This document shows, piece after piece, positions 18,055 through 27,694 of a stretch of DNA of 54,697 nt; the first letter of the stretch is position 1, and each line of letters begins with the position of its first letter. The notes beneath the pieces are model-generated. The model was given only the letters and a program-made list of their open reading frames with translations, was not told where the DNA came from and searched no databases. This stretch comes from a virus (Duplodnaviria; Caudoviricetes): positions 1-54,697 of IMG/VR virus record IMGVR_UViG_3300010401_000010; one strand, 5' to 3'. A program made the position numbers and the translations under genes.

Positions 18055-19616
18055 ACATCCTCAGCCGCGTCGCGTCGATGGTCCAGGGCATGCTCTTCGG
18101 CCGCACACAGCTGGCCGCGGGCGACGACGACTCCGATCCGAGCGGCAGCGAGCTGCAGGGACACTTCGGAGCGCACGAGTTCCCCCCCTACGTCAAGACC
18201 ATCATCGGGGAGTTCAAGCCCCACGCCGTCACGATGCCCCGCCGGATCCAGATGCGCTATTCGCCCGACGTGGCCTTCATGTCGGCGCTGGTCCGGTCCC
18301 CGATCGTGAACATGCGATGGACGATCGAGAGCCGGGATCCTCAGATCGCCGCGCTCTGCGATGCGATGATTCGGCCGGTCTACCCGGAACTGTCCCGGTC
18401 CGCGTCCCTCTCGCCCCTCTACGGCTTCCAGCTGATCCAGCCCATTTGGCAGTCGGGGCCCTTCTCGTTCGACCTCGAGGACAAGACCAAGGGCGAAACA
18501 GAGTCGGTGACCCTGCCCGTCGCCTGGGCGCCGCGGCGGATGAAGGGCATCGACCCGCGCACCATCACCCTCACCTCGGACGAGCGGACCGACGAGTTCA
18601 AGTCGGCCTCCCAGGGTCTCGAGAACGGCAAGACGCTGACCGTCGACGCCCACGAGCTCCTGCTGTGGTCCCACGCGGTCGAGGACGAATGGGGCCGGCT
18701 GCTGGGCCTGGGCATCTTGGACGCCGCTTACACGCCGTGGTACGACCAGTCCGGGCTGATCTTCCTGCGCAATACCTACTTCGAAGGCCGCGCCCACCCG
18801 ACGCCGATCGGCTACGCGACCCAGGGGACGGCCACCGACAAGAAGAACGAGCCCATCGACGCGACGGAGCAGATGCGGAAGGCCCTGGCAGCGCTCAAGG
18901 CACGCTCCTACGTGGTCCTCTCCGGCAAGCGCGACGAGAAGGGCAATCGGCACAACGAGATCCAGTACCTCACCGACGACAAGCGCGGCGACATGTTCCA
19001 GCAGGCGATCGACGCGGAAGGGGTGCGAATCCTGAAGTGCGGCCTCATCCCCGGCGAGTCGTCCAGTTCCGAGCCCATGGGCTCCCGCGCGCGCGCGGAG
19101 GTCCATGAGAACCGCCTGGGCGAGATCCAGCAAGGCCGGGTGAACGAGTTCGTCTCGAAGATCCTGCAGCCCGTGGTCGACCGCGTGATCCTCCTCAACA
19201 AGGGCCAGAAAGCCCTCGAGGAATCGAAGACCTCCATCAAGGCCTGGGGACTCTCCCCCGGGAAGCAGCTGCTCTACCGCGACGTGCTCATGAAGATCAT
19301 GGAGTCCGAAGCCACCCTCGAGCAGGGGGACTCGGTGCCCCTCCGCAAGCGCATCGACGCGATCGGCATGGCCGACGACCTGGAGATGCCGCTCCGGCCG
19401 CTCGACGAGGCGCAGGAGGAGTGGGACCAGGAGCGCGAGGAGCGCCAGGCGCAGGCCGACGCGATCGCGAAGGGCAAGGGCGCCGTGAAGGTCACGCCCG
19501 AGATGGAGAAGCAGGTCGAGGAAGAGCTGGCGCGCATCGGCGCGACCGACGATGACGACGTTCAGCGGATGGTCCGTCGGGAAATGGCCAAGCGCACGGG
19601 AATGAACGACGAGTAA
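18051..19616 (+). CDS. Portal protein (DUF935/Mu gp29-like)
   Basis: Position after terL, size, YGFQ..Q.IW, G.GIL...Y.PW, GSRARAEVH. Confidence 0.8.
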   Translation: MNILSRVASMVQGMLFGRTQLAAGDDDSDPSGSELQGHFGAHEFPPYVKTIIGEFKPHAVTMPRRIQMRYSPDVAFMSALVRSPIVNMRWTIESRDPQIAALCDAMIRPVYPELSRSASLSPLYGFQLIQPIWQSGPFSFDLEDKTKGETESVTLPVAWAPRRMKGIDPRTITLTSDERTDEFKSASQGLENGKTLTVDAHELLLWSHAVEDEWGRLLGLGILDAAYTPWYDQSGLIFLRNTYFEGRAHPTPIGYATQGTATDKKNEPIDATEQMRKALAALKARSYVVLSGKRDEKGNRHNEIQYLTDDKRGDMFQQAIDAEGVRILKCGLIPGESSSSEPMGSRARAEVHENRLGEIQQGRVNEFVSKILQPVVDRVILLNKGQKALEESKTSIKAWGLSPGKQLLYRDVLMKIMESEATLEQGDSVPLRKRIDAIGMADDLEMPLRPLDEAQEEWDQEREERQAQADAIAKGKGAVKVTPEMEKQVEEELARIGATDDDDVQRMVRREMAKRTGMNDE

Positions 19617-19685
19617 AGCCGCGCAGGCCGGGCGGCTTGTCGCCCGCGGCGCAAGAGTGGATACGAACCGAAAGGAGAACTTCAG

Positions 19686-20333
19686 ATGGGCCGAGTGAGA
19701 GACGCGGGCAGCAAGAGCTACGCGGCCGTCCAGATCACGGACTTCGCCAACCTCCTCGACGAGGAGACCATCACCATCGGCGACCCCGACAACGGCGGCA
19801 AGGTCTTCGAGTGGGACAACGACGCCGCGGTCACCGACGGCAACATCGCGGTCACGATCGGCGGGAGCGACGCGGTGTGCATCACCAACCTGCGCGACGC
19901 CATCAACGCGCAGATGCCCTCGCAGGTGGTGGCCTACGTCGACCCCGTCAACACGAAGACCCTGCGACTCGAGGCGGCGAACGAAGGCGCGCTCGGGAAC
20001 CTCGACATCACCCACACGATGCTGGATGCGGGGAACACCGTCGCGGCGGTTGCCGACAAGTTCGCCGGCGGCGACAACGACGGCAACCGGGCCCGCGCGT
20101 CGGGCACCTACGTGGTCACGGCGCAGGACGTCACGGCGACGAACGTGATGATCCCCACGCCCTTCGCGGCGCCGGTCCTGGGCGCGCTGCGCGTGGTCAG
20201 CTCAGCCGACGTGCCCAAGTACTTCACCAGCAAGCCGACGATCTCCGGCACCCGGATCAAGATCACCGACAACGGCGCGACCGTCCTGGCCGCGGGCGAC
20301 AAGGTCTACTGGGAAGTCTGGAGCGCCGAGTAA
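19686..20333 (+). CDS. Putative virion accessory protein
   Basis: Acidic beta-rich; DEETITIGD..KVFEWDND...AINA domain shared with 21447..22160. Confidence 0.6.
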   Translation: MGRVRDAGSKSYAAVQITDFANLLDEETITIGDPDNGGKVFEWDNDAAVTDGNIAVTIGGSDAVCITNLRDAINAQMPSQVVAYVDPVNTKTLRLEAANEGALGNLDITHTMLDAGNTVAAVADKFAGGDNDGNRARASGTYVVTAQDVTATNVMIPTPFAAPVLGALRVVSSADVPKYFTSKPTISGTRIKITDNGATVLAAGDKVYWEVWSAE

Positions 20334-20409
20334 CCTCGATACCCTTTTTTCACATGGGGCGGGGTTCGCCTCCAAGCGGGCCCCGCCCATAACCCGGAAG
20401 GAAGGACGC

Positions 20410-21240
20410 ATGGCCGAGATCAAGCTGGTCGAGGATATCGACGCGCTTCTCGCCCTGGATCTTCACAATCCCGGCGACCTGGCGCGGATCAAGGATCTCC
20501 AGGAGTTCGCGGAATACGATGCCGAGAGCGAGGAAGATCACGACGGCCGCAAGGTCTTCAAGCCCACGAACCGCCTTGCGACTCAGAAGGGCCGCTGGAT
20601 CCTCCAGAACGAGCGTTCGGTCTTCTACGACGGTCAGGGCCACTCATTCCAGGCCCTGGCGGTGGATCTCGAGCTCGACGCCGCGGCCGGCAGCGACGAC
20701 GGTGCCGACCCCAAGTTCCTCGCGCCTATCATGGGCAACCTTCTTGGTGCGGACATCGCGGGCGAAGGCAACTACCTCGGCGGCCTGATCGGTGCGATCT
20801 CGGCCACGGGCGTCGCGAGCGACTACCCGACCGGAGGAGTCCTCGGGGTCATCATGGACGGAGTCACGGGGATCGACGGCGCGGTCGTCGCGGTCCTGGA
20901 CGGCTCCGACCCCTCCGCCGTCACGCGCGCTCGAGCGATGTTCGCATGTCGCGTCCTCAACAACAACGAGGGAAGCGGTGTCGACTTCGGGCTGGATCTG
21001 TACGCCGAGCCCAGCGCCCACTTCAGCGACACCGAGACGGAGACCCCTCAGGGCCTGAACGTGGAGATCGCGGAGATCCGGCTGTCGAACGGACTCTACA
21101 TCATGAGCGGCGCGGCCGACCCATCGGCGGCCGGAGGCGTCGCGGCTCCCATCGGCTCTCTGTACCTCCGGACCAACGGCGAACACTGGCGCAAGACCGG
21201 AGCCGCGGACACCCAGTGGACCGAGAACGGAGACGCATAA
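20410..21240 (+). CDS. Putative fibre-like virion protein
   Basis: Gly-rich beta region; C-terminal G.ADP..GVAAPIGSLYLRTNG..W.K fibre motif. Confidence 0.6.
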   Translation: MAEIKLVEDIDALLALDLHNPGDLARIKDLQEFAEYDAESEEDHDGRKVFKPTNRLATQKGRWILQNERSVFYDGQGHSFQALAVDLELDAAAGSDDGADPKFLAPIMGNLLGADIAGEGNYLGGLIGAISATGVASDYPTGGVLGVIMDGVTGIDGAVVAVLDGSDPSAVTRARAMFACRVLNNNEGSGVDFGLDLYAEPSAHFSDTETETPQGLNVEIAEIRLSNGLYIMSGAADPSAAGGVAAPIGSLYLRTNGEHWRKTGAADTQWTENGDA

Positions 21241-21243
21241 AAC

Positions 21244-21450
21244 GTGGACACCGAAGCCGTCGCCATCCGCCTGAAATCTCTCGAGCTCGAGAGGGAGAAG
21301 AAGCTGAGGCTCCTCGGCATCGCAGAAGCGGCGCGCGAGGAGGCCTTCGGCAACCTGCGGGCGGTCGATGGCGCGATCGAGGACTGTCGGTACTGGCTGG
21401 GGAAATCCAAGCCGGCGCCGGCGCAACCCGAGAAGGAGACCCCTCAATGA
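21244..21450 (+). CDS. Small coiled-coil protein (possible fibre chaperone)
   Basis: Helical, GAIE motif, follows the fibre-like gene. Confidence 0.5.
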   Translation: MDTEAVAIRLKSLELEREKKLRLLGIAEAAREEAFGNLRAVDGAIEDCRYWLGKSKPAPAQPEKETPQ

Positions 21451-22160
21451 CCCCTCCCTATACGGTCGTGCCGCAGATCGTCGACCAGGCGGCCCCCGGC
21501 GCGAACACCGACATCCTCGCCGAAGACTTCACCCTGCCCCACGAAGGAGTGCAGGAGGTCACCATCAACGTCGCGGTGCAGAACGCCGGCAAGGTGAATC
21601 TGGTCATGAAGCCCGGCCCCACCCTGACGGGAGCAAAGGCCGCGGGGACCATCACGGCGATCGCCGGCGCCAGCCTGGTGGACGGCGAGCAGTTCGTGCT
21701 GGACGACGGGGTGAACGACCCCGTCACCTTCGAATTCGACGACGACGACTCGGTCACGGAGGACGACACCACCCGGCAGATCGTCATTGCCGGCACCGAG
21801 ACGGCAGAGGAGATCCGGGACCTCATCGTCGAGGCGATCAACGCCGCCCCCGTCCTGGACATCACCGCGGAGGCCGACGAGGACGTCGCGGCGAAGGTCA
21901 ACCTCGAGAACGACACCCCGGGCAGCATGGGCAACGTCGCGATCACGGACACCGTGGTCAACGCAGGTTTCACCCACACGGGCATGACCGGCGGCTACGG
22001 CGGCGACGTCACCATGCTCCTGGACATCAACGGAGCGGCCAACCTGGCGGCCGACGCCCTCTACTCGAAGACCTTCAAGCTGGAGTCGGGCTACGCCTAC
22101 AACCTGCAGCTGACCGTGAACGGCATCATCCGGGCGCTGTCGGTGTCGGCCAGCAAATAG
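21447..22160 (+). CDS. Putative virion accessory protein
   Basis: AAGGAG RBS; DGEQFVLDDG...VTFEFDDD...AINA domain. Confidence 0.6.
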   Translation: MTPPYTVVPQIVDQAAPGANTDILAEDFTLPHEGVQEVTINVAVQNAGKVNLVMKPGPTLTGAKAAGTITAIAGASLVDGEQFVLDDGVNDPVTFEFDDDDSVTEDDTTRQIVIAGTETAEEIRDLIVEAINAAPVLDITAEADEDVAAKVNLENDTPGSMGNVAITDTVVNAGFTHTGMTGGYGGDVTMLLDINGAANLAADALYSKTFKLESGYAYNLQLTVNGIIRALSVSASK

Positions 22161-22167
22161 GAGATCC

Positions 22168-23328
22168 ATGGGCCTCGCGCGCGACCTGCTGATCCTGCTC
22201 GCAAGCGACCGCAACCTGGCGGAGCTGGACAGGCTCTACGCCGGGATCATCGATCGCATCCTCCGAGAGCTGGCCGCTGGCGTCACGCGCGCGGGCGCGG
22301 GGCGTGCCCGGGACACGCTCATCCGGATCCGGCAGCTGGCCGCCGAGATCAACCCCCGGGTCGACAGCCAGCTCCGCGACTGGATCCGGCGGGAGCTCCC
22401 CAAGGCGTTCATCCTCGCCGACAAGGACACGGCCAACGAGGTCCGCCGGCAGCTCGCCGACGCCGCGGCCGAGAGGGTCCAGGGGATCCGCGTTGGCGAC
22501 ACCTTCACCGGGGCGAGCAACGCCCAGCTCAACATCCTGATCGCCACCATGATCTCGAGGATGGAGGATGTCCACCGCCAGGTCCTACAAACCGCGGGCC
22601 TGTTCGTCCGCAACACCCAGCTCCGCGCCCAGACGAACGCGGAGATCCGGGAGCACATCGTCTCGGGCATCGTTCGCGGCGCCACCGGCCGCGAGATCTC
22701 GAACGACATCGCGAAGGCAATCCTTACGGGAAAGATCTCCCCCGAAGCTGCCGAGCGCCTCCGCGCTGCAGGCCACGCCGGGGATCTCGAGCTCTACAAG
22801 CAGCTCGCCGAGGGCCAGTTCATCACCGTGGGCAAGCGGCGCTTTGAGGTCCGCGCCTACGCCAACCTGGTGGCGAAGACCATGCAGCGGGACGCCGCGG
22901 CCGTCGCCACGATCGCGCGGCTCCAGCAGTCGGGAATCAACCACATCCAGGTCAGCCCCACGATGCCGACCGAGCCCGACGTCTGCTCGCTCGTGGCCGG
23001 AAATGTGTACTACATCGGCGCCGGCGAGGACCCCCTGGGCTTCCCCGCCTACACCTCCATGCCGGGCGGGAAGCTGGGGCTTCATCCGAACTGCCGGCAC
23101 GTCCCGCTCCCCTACGTGGCGGCACTCAAGAGCGAGTCCTCCACCGACGAGCTGCGCGACAACGTGTTCGCCTCTGAAAGCTTCTTCGGCGCGACGTCGG
23201 CGGAGGCCTCCAAGCGGATCCACGAGCTGGTCAAGGCCGGCGGCATCGCCGCCATCCACAAGTTCAACCCCCGCCTGTTCGGGCAGACGCCGCCCGCGCG
23301 CGGGAGAGCGAAAGGAGTCGCCGCGTGA
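22168..23328 (+). CDS. Minor head / head morphogenesis protein
   Basis: YANLVAKT...C...GNVY...LHPNCRH. Confidence 0.8.
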   Translation: MGLARDLLILLASDRNLAELDRLYAGIIDRILRELAAGVTRAGAGRARDTLIRIRQLAAEINPRVDSQLRDWIRRELPKAFILADKDTANEVRRQLADAAAERVQGIRVGDTFTGASNAQLNILIATMISRMEDVHRQVLQTAGLFVRNTQLRAQTNAEIREHIVSGIVRGATGREISNDIAKAILTGKISPEAAERLRAAGHAGDLELYKQLAEGQFITVGKRRFEVRAYANLVAKTMQRDAAAVATIARLQQSGINHIQVSPTMPTEPDVCSLVAGNVYYIGAGEDPLGFPAYTSMPGGKLGLHPNCRHVPLPYVAALKSESSTDELRDNVFASESFFGATSAEASKRIHELVKAGGIAAIHKFNPRLFGQTPPARGRAKGVAA

Positions 23329-24500
23329 CGAAGCAAGCCATCCTCTTTCAGGGTACGAAGTTCAAGGCCGGCAACGGCAATTTCTTCCTCAAGGACGTGA
23401 TCCACGAGGGACGCTTCTTCCACTCGCGCACAAAGGAGATGATCGAGTTCTCCCAGGAGCGCGTGGACAAGCACCTCCACAACCTCAACCGGTACATCGC
23501 CGCGGGCAACACGGTTCCCATGCGGGACGGCCACCGCAACAGCACGCTGGCCCGCATCGGCAAGTGGCCCGGCCCCGCGGTTCGCGACGGAAAGGACCTG
23601 GTCGTCGTGGCAGAGATGACCAGCCCCGAGGCGGCCAAGCTGGCGCGCGAGGGGACAATGGACGGCGTCTCGGTGGTCATCGAATTCGACCACACCGACA
23701 CGTTCGGCAACCACTTCGACGAGGTCATCACGGCGATCGACGCCACGGACTTCCCCGTGGTCCCCGGCAAGCCCTTCGTGGCCCTGTCGCGGGATGCGGA
23801 CGGCAAGGAGATCGACACCTACATCCCCAAGCACCTCGCGGGCATGTCGCCCGAGGGAAATAGACAGGAGGCAATCATGCTCAAGCAGCTGGCCCTGGCC
23901 CTCGGGCTCCCCGAGGACGCCACCGAGGAAAAGATCCTCGCCGAACTCAAGAAGCGCGAAGAGGAGCGGGTCAAGGCGCTCAGCGCCGCCAAGGCGTTCG
24001 GAGGCGCTTCGCCGGTGAAGCTCGAGGACCTGAAGGCCCACGGTTTCGAGCTCAAGGACGGCAAGGTCGTGAAGCTCGCGGCGCCCCCGCCCGCCGACGA
24101 GACGCCGCGCGAGAAGGAGTACCGCGAGCGCGCGGAGCGCCTCGAGCGGACGGCGGCTCTGTCCCGCCTCCAGGACGTCAAGGGCAAGATCGAGACGGCC
24201 TCGAAGAACATGCAGATCCCGCCGGCGCTGGTTCCGGCCTTCACCGAGCTCGCATCGATCGAGAGCGAGATCTCGGCTCTCTGCCTCTCGGCCGACGGCC
24301 AGAGCGCGCAGAAGAAGACCATCAACGCCCTGGGCCGCGTGATGGAGATCGTCAACGGCCTGCCGAAGTTCAACGCGGAGACGCTCAAGCAGCTGTCCGC
24401 GGCCGAGCAGGACGAGCAGGAGAAGATCAAGAAGGACGCCAGGAAGCGCGCCGCCGAGGTGCTCGCCCGCACCACGGGGGGCGTCGTCGACGAGGAGTAA
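23325..24500 (+). CDS. Prohead protease fused to scaffold (Mu gpI-like)
   Basis: G.F...DGH...GKW...VS...TDFPVV protease-like region; LGLPEDATEE scaffold motif. Confidence 0.75.
   Translation: MTKQAILFQGTKFKAGNGNFFLKDVIHEGRFFHSRTKEMIEFSQERVDKHLHNLNRYIAAGNTVPMRDGHRNSTLARIGKWPGPAVRDGKDLVVVAEMTSPEAAKLAREGTMDGVSVVIEFDHTDTFGNHFDEVITAIDATDFPVVPGKPFVALSRDADGKEIDTYIPKHLAGMSPEGNRQEAIMLKQLALALGLPEDATEEKILAELKKREEERVKALSAAKAFGGASPVKLEDLKAHGFELKDGKVVKLAAPPPADETPREKEYRERAERLERTAALSRLQDVKGKIETASKNMQIPPALVPAFTELASIESEISALCLSADGQSAQKKTINALGRVMEIVNGLPKFNAETLKQLSAAEQDEQEKIKKDARKRAAEVLARTTGGVVDEE
23877..24500 (+). CDS. Nested in-frame scaffold protein
   Basis: Internal AGGAGG RBS before ATG 23877 (MLKQLALALGLPED). 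Confidence 0.65.
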   Translation: MLKQLALALGLPEDATEEKILAELKKREEERVKALSAAKAFGGASPVKLEDLKAHGFELKDGKVVKLAAPPPADETPREKEYRERAERLERTAALSRLQDVKGKIETASKNMQIPPALVPAFTELASIESEISALCLSADGQSAQKKTINALGRVMEIVNGLPKFNAETLKQLSAAEQDEQEKIKKDARKRAAEVLARTTGGVVDEE

Positions 24501-24572
24501 GAACCGCCCGCGCGCGCGGCCTGTCGCTGCGGGCGCCTGAAGGAAAACAGAGACAGCAAGGAGGACCAATCG

Positions 24573-25022
24573 ATGGGCTACAACGAACATCTCGGACACA
24601 ACCAGCTCCCGGGCGTCAGCGCCTCGGTCGAGCAGACCCAGAAGGTCTACAAGTACAGCCTCGGCCACGAGGACTACGACGGCGTCCGGATCCACAAGGA
24701 CACGGACGACGAGGGCAACGTGGGCAGCGAGCACAAGCTCCGTCCCGGCCTGTGCCTCGTGAAGGTCATCAACGGCGGCGCGAACGACGGCATGTACGTC
24801 GACCCCGACCACGCGGATGCGCCCGCGAACAACGACGTGACCGACGTCGTGATCCTCGACGAGTGGGTGGACCTCAAGGACAAGACCGGCACCCGGCAGA
24901 ACTGCCAGGCCAAGGTCCTCGTCCACGGCCAGGTGAAGGACAGCGAGATCGAGTACAACTCCGCCGACGCCACGCGGCAGGGCGTCCTCCAGGGGAAGGC
25001 CAAGCTCATCCGCTTCGTGTAA
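24573..25022 (+). CDS. Head decoration protein (putative)
   Basis: Between scaffold and capsid; LRPGL.L motif; strong RBS. Confidence 0.65.
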   Translation: MGYNEHLGHNQLPGVSASVEQTQKVYKYSLGHEDYDGVRIHKDTDDEGNVGSEHKLRPGLCLVKVINGGANDGMYVDPDHADAPANNDVTDVVILDEWVDLKDKTGTRQNCQAKVLVHGQVKDSEIEYNSADATRQGVLQGKAKLIRFV

Positions 25023-25096
25023 TCGAAGCGGAGCGGATGGGGCTGCCCCTGTCGGGCCCGCCCTGATATTGGGGAAAGAAAGAAGGAGACAGAGAG

Positions 25097-26131
25097 ATGC
25101 CCAAGGACATGGAAATCTTCCGCCAGGAAGACCTGACGGAACTCGTGCAGAAGTACAAGAGCGCCGGGACCCCGCTCATGAACATGGGTCTCGTGCCCAC
25201 CACCAACATCTCCGGCAAGAGCAAGCAGTGGGATGAGAAGACCGAGCTCGAGGACGTCGGCGCCTTCACGGGCGACAACGACCCGGCGAACGTCGTCGAC
25301 GAGGAGCTGCTGGGCAACCGCTCGGCGAAGCTCATCACGTCCTTCGACGAGGACAGCTTCGACGGCGAGGAGCTCCTCCAGATCCGCAAGGCCGGATCCG
25401 AGGAGAAGGAGACCATCGAGAACAAGGTCGGCGAGAAGATGAACCGGATGTCGGAGATCCACGCCCGGCAGGACGAGATGATGCTGTCCCAGGGCCTCTC
25501 GACCGGCGCCTTCACCGCCAAGATCAAGAATCTCACCCATTCGGTGAGCTACGGCTTCAACGCCGCGAACCACTTCAAGATCGGCGGCGGCGGCGGGAAC
25601 GGCACGATCCCGCTCTCGTGGGGCAATAGCGCGGCGAAGGTCAGCGCGGACGTCGAAGCCATCATCAAGATCCCGCGCGAGGAAGCGGGTCGGGATCTCC
25701 GCGGCGGCACCGTGCTGATGGGCCCCGGCGTCAAGACCGCCCTCTTCCAGAACGAGGAGGTGCGCGAGCTGGTCGGCGGGACCGCGGCGGCCGCCACCAT
25801 GGCCGTGACCGGCGAGATCCCCGATCTCTATGGGATGCGCTGGAAGGAAGTCCTGCACTACTTCAAGCATCCGATCACGGGCGCCCGGACCTATCACATC
25901 GGCGCGGGCCGGTGCGTGTTCCTGCCGGCGTCCGATCGCAGCTGGGCCGAGTTCTGCCGCGGCACGGTCGCGGTGATGAACAGCTCCGGCCAGATGACGC
26001 TGGTGCAGGGCGCCGGCGCCTGGTCGAAGGACTTCGACAATCCTCCGAAGCGCGTGCTCTATCGGCGCTACCGCCGCCTGCTCATCATCAAGGTTTCCCG
26101 CGCCATCGCGACCGCCCAGGTTCTCCCGTAG
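25097..26131 (+). CDS. Major capsid protein (lambda gpE-like)
   Basis: 344 aa; R.DEMMLSQ.L.TG; ALFQNEEV; canonical position. Confidence 0.8.
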   Translation: MPKDMEIFRQEDLTELVQKYKSAGTPLMNMGLVPTTNISGKSKQWDEKTELEDVGAFTGDNDPANVVDEELLGNRSAKLITSFDEDSFDGEELLQIRKAGSEEKETIENKVGEKMNRMSEIHARQDEMMLSQGLSTGAFTAKIKNLTHSVSYGFNAANHFKIGGGGGNGTIPLSWGNSAAKVSADVEAIIKIPREEAGRDLRGGTVLMGPGVKTALFQNEEVRELVGGTAAAATMAVTGEIPDLYGMRWKEVLHYFKHPITGARTYHIGAGRCVFLPASDRSWAEFCRGTVAVMNSSGQMTLVQGAGAWSKDFDNPPKRVLYRRYRRLLIIKVSRAIATAQVLP

Positions 26132-26159
26132 TCCCGGAGGCCCTGAGAGAGAGGCTTGC

Positions 26160-26193
26160 GGGCCGGGAGGGTTCGATGCCCTCCCGGCCCACC
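26160..26193 (+). other. 12-bp hairpin with T-loop-like TTCGATG (tRNA minihelix shape)
   Basis: GGGCCGGGAGGG-TTCGATG-CCCTCCCGGCCC-ACC. Confidence 0.6.
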
Positions 26194-26209
26194 TCATACG
26201 AGGAAACGA

Positions 26210-26731
26210 ATGGATCTGAACGCGACAGTCGGCGATCCGGAGGCCAACTCCTACCTCACCATCGAGGAGGCCGACTCCTTCATGGACGGCTTCCTGTCGG
26301 CGGAGCTCTGGGACGCCCTTAAAAGCGAGTCGTCGGAGTCGACGGGCGACACGATCCGGAAGCGTCTGCTCATCCAGGCCACGCGCCTGGTCGACCGCTA
26401 TCGCCCGCTCCCGCCCAAGGCGTTGGCCACCCAGGCTCTGGCCTGGCCGACGGTCAAGGACCCCGCAGGCGAGATCCCGCGCGACGTGAAGCTCAGTATG
26501 TGCGAGTGGATCGACGCCTACCTCCAGGGCGGGCCGCGGTTTCAGGCGCTCAAGCGGATGCAGGCCGAGGGCGTGACCTCGATGTCCCAGCTCGGGCAGT
26601 CGAGCAGCTTCGAGAAGGATCTCTCGATGCTGCCCGGCGGCGCGCGGCTGCTCCTGGACCGGAAGATCGATTCCTACGAGACGATCATCGTGGACGGCCC
26701 AGGCACCTGCCAGCCCCCGATCTTCGAGTAG
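26210..26731 (+). CDS. Head-tail adaptor
   Basis: ANSYLTIEEADSF...LIQATRLVD...QALAWP...IP.DVK. Confidence 0.75.
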   Translation: MDLNATVGDPEANSYLTIEEADSFMDGFLSAELWDALKSESSESTGDTIRKRLLIQATRLVDRYRPLPPKALATQALAWPTVKDPAGEIPRDVKLSMCEWIDAYLQGGPRFQALKRMQAEGVTSMSQLGQSSSFEKDLSMLPGGARLLLDRKIDSYETIIVDGPGTCQPPIFE

Positions 26732-26733
26732 CT

Positions 26734-27114
26734 ATGTTCGGATTCGACTTCGACGAAGCGGTGACGATTCGGCGCCCCAAGAAGGGGACGCTGGGGATCG
26801 GCGGCCGCCCCGACTACGAGCAGCTGCTGAACGCCGACGACGAGTCGTCCGTGCGGGTGATGTGTCGGGTGGAGGAGAAGGGCCGCATCACCGTGGACGC
26901 TCGCCAGCGCGAAATCAAGACGGACGCCACCCTCATCTACAGCCCGGAAGGCCGTGCCACGATCCAGAACGGCGACCTGGTCGTCCGCGCCGGCAACCGC
27001 GCCTACGAGGTCGTGGGCATCGAGACCGTGAAGGATCAGTGGGGCACCGCCTTCGAGAGCCGCGTCGACCTTGTGAAGACCGCCATCCCGGTCCAGGAGG
27101 ACCGCCGTGGTTAA
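26734..27114 (+). CDS. Head closure/stopper protein (putative)
   Basis: Position, size, beta-rich with GD.V....YEV. Confidence 0.6.
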   Translation: MFGFDFDEAVTIRRPKKGTLGIGGRPDYEQLLNADDESSVRVMCRVEEKGRITVDARQREIKTDATLIYSPEGRATIQNGDLVVRAGNRAYEVVGIETVKDQWGTAFESRVDLVKTAIPVQEDRRG

Positions 27115-27694
27115 GCCCTTCATCACGGTCGACTCCGGAAATCTTAAGGCGCAGATCGACCGCGTCAACAACTCCCTCGACCGTACCGCAGAGGTCGTCA
27201 TCGCGTCGACGGAGCGGGCCATGATCGAGATTGCCGAGGACATGCTCTCGAAGGCCCAGGCGAAGATGGCCAACAATGTCCGCAGCGGCGATCTCATCGG
27301 AAGCGGGTTCGCCTTTAAGGAAGACCTCACGGGCGCGGAGATCGTCGTCAAGTGGGGCTTCAACAAGGAGTACGCCAGGATCCGGGACCAGGGCGGCGAC
27401 ATCTTCCCGTCGAAGGCCAAGCTTCTGGCCATCCCCCTCGACCCCATCATGACCGCGACGGGCCCTCGCTTTGCCAGCCCGCGCGAGGAGCCGAACCTCG
27501 AGCTCGTCCCGATCCTGCAATACCTCTTCCTGGCCGACAAGGACACCGGGGAATTCCACTGGCTCCTCACGCCCCACGTTCACCAGGAGGGCAGCCACTA
27601 CGCCAGCAGCACCGTTCAGGAGGAGGCCCAGAACGTCGCGCCCACGGTCGCGCGACGCGTCGGGGAACTCCTGGAAAGCGGAGGCCCCAAGTGA
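27107..27694 (+). CDS. Neck/tail completion protein (putative)
   Basis: SGDL..S...FNKEYARIRDQGG.I.P.KAK.LAIP. Confidence 0.65.
   Translation: MVKPFITVDSGNLKAQIDRVNNSLDRTAEVVIASTERAMIEIAEDMLSKAQAKMANNVRSGDLIGSGFAFKEDLTGAEIVVKWGFNKEYARIRDQGGDIFPSKAKLLAIPLDPIMTATGPRFASPREEPNLELVPILQYLFLADKDTGEFHWLLTPHVHQEGSHYASSTVQEEAQNVAPTVARRVGELLESGGPK

Noticed and set aside
20344-20391. Hairpin as intrinsic terminator
   Set aside because: The T-run precedes the stem on the + strand, so neither strand has hairpin followed by a U-tract
19614-25065. TGTCG-containing GC hairpins upstream of 19686, 24573 and 25097 as late sigma28 promoters
   Set aside because: Motif too short for a GC-rich genome, and no GCCGA at the right spacing from TAAAG at 19614
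26160-26194. tRNA gene
   Set aside because: No D arm or anticodon arm; only a minihelix
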